From a virus (Duplodnaviria > Caudoviricetes), in IMG/VR virus record IMGVR_UViG_3300048762_000473, positions 1-27,095 of that record: 27,095 bases of DNA. One strand, 5' to 3'. The translations under genes were made by a program, and so were the position numbers. This document shows, in pieces, positions 24,878 through 27,095 of this stretch. A model generated the notes under the pieces. That model was not told where the DNA came from and searched no databases. It worked only from the letters and a program-made list of their open reading frames with translations. The number at the start of each line of letters is the position of its first letter. The first letter of the stretch is position 1.

Positions 24878-25618
24878 ATGAAAGAAATAACCCTTAAAGG
24901 AGAACATTGGCAGGACAACTTAATCGGCTTGTCATGGAATGATAGGCTCAAAGACGCCATCGCCCAGAAGTACCTCCGCGAAATCCGATTAGCCAAAGCC
25001 GAGTTAGACCTCAAAACCCTCGATTTAGGTGAAACCCCAATTCAATCCACGATTGAATGCACTTTCTTCACCGCCCTCAAAAGCCCTTCTAAACCCAAAA
25101 TCGAAGACATAGGCTTCAGCATCCCAGAAGACATGTTCACCAACAACTTTGGGCTTTGGCTCGCAGGCTTCTTTCAAGGAGCAAACCAGCTGAAGCCCAG
25201 CGGCGGCCAGTTCACTGGGATAAACGAAGCTAACGGAGGATTATCAGGCTTGATTTACGCAACCTACTACAGTTCCTATCAGTACCCATTCAACAACACC
25301 ACAGGCATGGGCACTCAATTCAAGATTGGTTCATCAAACGCCGCCGCCGCTAGAACACAGTACGCTATTCAAACAGCTTTCGGGACAGCTCCAGAAAGTA
25401 CCCGTTTCCCTACTGGGCCAGGCTGTTACGCCGTTGCAGGTGGAGTAATCAGCTTTTGCGGAGCCATCACAGCTGGAGGTTCAGGGACAGTGAACGAAGT
25501 GGCGTTGTTCGGTAACTGGTACAACGGAGTTGAAATGCTCGCCCGCGATGTACTTGGCGGGGGAGTAGCTTTTGTGGCTGGCAACAGCCTCGTGGCGACA
25601 GGAGCGATTAGCATATGA
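24878..25618 (+). CDS. Putative tail-tip/fibre-associated protein, paralog 1
   Basis: Shares DMFTNNFG, F..GS, IQTAFG.APES, ITAGGSGTV/INE and MLARD with the next two ORFs. Confidence 0.55.
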   Translation: MKEITLKGEHWQDNLIGLSWNDRLKDAIAQKYLREIRLAKAELDLKTLDLGETPIQSTIECTFFTALKSPSKPKIEDIGFSIPEDMFTNNFGLWLAGFFQGANQLKPSGGQFTGINEANGGLSGLIYATYYSSYQYPFNNTTGMGTQFKIGSSNAAAARTQYAIQTAFGTAPESTRFPTGPGCYAVAGGVISFCGAITAGGSGTVNEVALFGNWYNGVEMLARDVLGGGVAFVAGNSLVATGAISI

Positions 25619-26334
25619 GTGAATATGTAGGTTTAGAATGGACTAAAGAGCTTGAAGCATCTCTCCACAGAGACCACATAAGAGAGATACATAGGTTTAG
25701 AGCTGAAGACACCATAGCGAAGTTGAAAGCTAACAAACCCTATGATTCCCTGCTTGGCTCAATGATTGAGTCATCCATCGTTGTGGCTTTGAAAAGCAAA
25801 AAAAACCCTTCAATCGTGGCTTTAGGCAAAAACGTGCCTGAAGATTTATTCACTGATAACTGGGGTCAGTTCCTCGCCTCCTTTATTCAAGCGCCGAGTT
25901 TAGGTGTAGTCGGGTACCCAATGAAGCAGTCTTCAGGCGCTGTTTACCTCACAGAAACCAATTACGGCGCTTATGGAGGGCAATTTGGCGGATGGTGGAA
26001 TTACAGTAATGGCTCTTGCTCAGGCACTGGATTCCAATTCCAGTTTGGCTCTGGGGCGACAGCCGCTACGAGGGGAGATTTCAACATTCAAACAGCCTTT
26101 GGCGCATCCCCTGAAAGCGCAGTTTTCGATTGCGGCTTAGCCAATTATTCAGGAGGCTACATCACCGTCGCCAACAGCATCCCTGCAGGTGGCTCAGGCA
26201 CCATAAACGAGCTTGTCATGTTTATGATATGCAAACTGGGAAGTCTCAAATTCCTTATGAGCCGCGATATAGTGACAGCTGTGCCTTTCACTGCAGGCAA
26301 CGTGTTGATTGCGAGTGTGTCGATAGCGATTTAG
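25615..26334 (+). CDS. Putative tail-tip/fibre-associated protein, paralog 2
   Basis: EDLFTDNWG, FQFGSG, NIQTAFGASPES, AGGSGTINE and LMSRD; ATGA-coupled to paralog 1. Confidence 0.55.
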   Translation: MSEYVGLEWTKELEASLHRDHIREIHRFRAEDTIAKLKANKPYDSLLGSMIESSIVVALKSKKNPSIVALGKNVPEDLFTDNWGQFLASFIQAPSLGVVGYPMKQSSGAVYLTETNYGAYGGQFGGWWNYSNGSCSGTGFQFQFGSGATAATRGDFNIQTAFGASPESAVFDCGLANYSGGYITVANSIPAGGSGTINELVMFMICKLGSLKFLMSRDIVTAVPFTAGNVLIASVSIAI

Positions 26335-26348
26335 GGTAGGCGTTTGAT

Positions 26349-27095
26349 ATGGATGTTAAGCTGGTTGGGGAACATTGGAGAGACAACTTGGGCGGGCTCA
26401 AATGGAGCCAGCGCCTCCGAGATGCCATAAGCGAAACTCACATCAGAGACAACAGAATCCGAAAAGCTGAGTTGGACATTGAGAGGCTTGAGAGTGGAGG
26501 AGACCTCGACCAAACAATCTGCGAAGCTTCCTTCGTCACAGTCCTCGATTCTAAAGATAGAGTTAAAGAGGTGGGATTCAACGACCCCTCTGACATGTTC
26601 ACCAACAACTTTGGGTCGTTCCTCGCAGCCTGCTTTCAGCCTACATTGCATTTTAAGATGGGCGCATCATGGGCTATGAAGAACCTCTCCAATGCTGACA
26701 GAGGCTTCGATAGAGTTTATCAAACCTACTATGGTTCCACGAGGTACAACACCTACAACTCTTTGGCAGGCGGGACAAAGTTCCAGTTTGGTTCAGGCAA
26801 CAGCCAGCCTCTCCGAACAAACTACAATGTCCAGTCTCCCTTCGCTACAGCTCCCGAAAGCGGCTTGTTCCCTACTGGACCAGGCTACTTTAGTTATGGG
26901 ACTGGAGTCGTGAGCTTCGCTGGTATGATTACTGCTGGAGGTTCAGGCACCATAAATGAGCTTTGCCTCTACGCTTATTGGATGTACACCCAAAACAGTT
27001 GGGATACATTCATGCTTGCCAGAGATGTCTTGCAGAGCCCAATCACCTTCGTTGCTGGCAATAGGTTAGTTGCTAATGGAGTTGTGAGTTGTTGA
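26349..27095 (+). CDS. Putative tail-tip/fibre-associated protein, paralog 3
   Basis: GEHWRDNLGGLKW, DMFTNNFG, FQFGSG, APES..FPTGPG, ITAGGSGTINE and MLARD; the stop is the last codon of the window. Confidence 0.55.
   Translation: MDVKLVGEHWRDNLGGLKWSQRLRDAISETHIRDNRIRKAELDIERLESGGDLDQTICEASFVTVLDSKDRVKEVGFNDPSDMFTNNFGSFLAACFQPTLHFKMGASWAMKNLSNADRGFDRVYQTYYGSTRYNTYNSLAGGTKFQFGSGNSQPLRTNYNVQSPFATAPESGLFPTGPGYFSYGTGVVSFAGMITAGGSGTINELCLYAYWMYTQNSWDTFMLARDVLQSPITFVAGNRLVANGVVSC

Larger units (their letters stand above)
1..27095 (+). mobile_element. Tailed (siphovirus-like) virus or provirus, packaging and virion morphogenesis module; host probably archaeal
   Basis: Colinear TerL, portal, MuF, protease, MCP, neck, tail tube, chaperone, tape measure, Dit and hub genes; no sheath gene. 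Archaeal-type wHTH and TATA-like promoters. No att site or integrase in the window, so free virus versus provirus cannot be decided. Confidence 0.95.

Noticed and set aside
750-26913. Numerous alternate-frame and antisense ORFs in the track (e.g. 3256-3612, 15068-15580, 21897-22319, 26331-26651)
   Set aside because: They overlap well-supported genes, have no motifs or initiation signals, and are expected shadows of biased codon usage.
24878-27095. Diversity-generating retroelement target (TAC/AAC-rich variable segments)
   Set aside because: No reverse transcriptase and no near-identical template/variable repeat pair differing only at adenines is visible in the window; cannot be excluded outside it.

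Overview
This window is the packaging and virion-morphogenesis region of a tailed dsDNA virus (Caudoviricetes, siphovirus-like because no sheath gene is present). Nearly all genes lie on the + strand in canonical order: small ORFs and an AbrB-like regulator; a ParB-like / ABC-ATPase / GNAT cassette; terminase (probable small, clear large); DUF1073-type portal; MuF-like minor head protein; a hexapeptide (CatB/Vat-like) acetyltransferase; small DNA-binding proteins; DUF2213 protease-like protein; scaffold; cement protein; an encapsulin-like HK97 major capsid protein; neck genes; two tail-tube paralogs; a frameshifted tail chaperone; tape measure; two Dit-like paralogs; a hub with two LamG domains; an Ig-like adhesin; and three paralogous tail-tip proteins. 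An archaeal host is inferred from an HTH_45-type winged-helix protein, TATA-like promoters with near-leaderless starts and oligo-T terminators (TACK/Bathyarchaeia is only a guess). The most notable observations are: (1) a ParB-ATPase-GNAT putative DNA-modification cassette whose three ORFs step -1 and -1, with an A7 slippery site and a missing canonical start; (2) an eight-copy conserved late-promoter motif; (3) systematic duplication of tail components; (4) an encapsulin-like capsid in a complete tailed-virus module; (5) two antisense inserts. No integrase, replication genes, RNA genes or CRISPR array are visible. All family assignments come from motif recognition and gene order, not from database searches.
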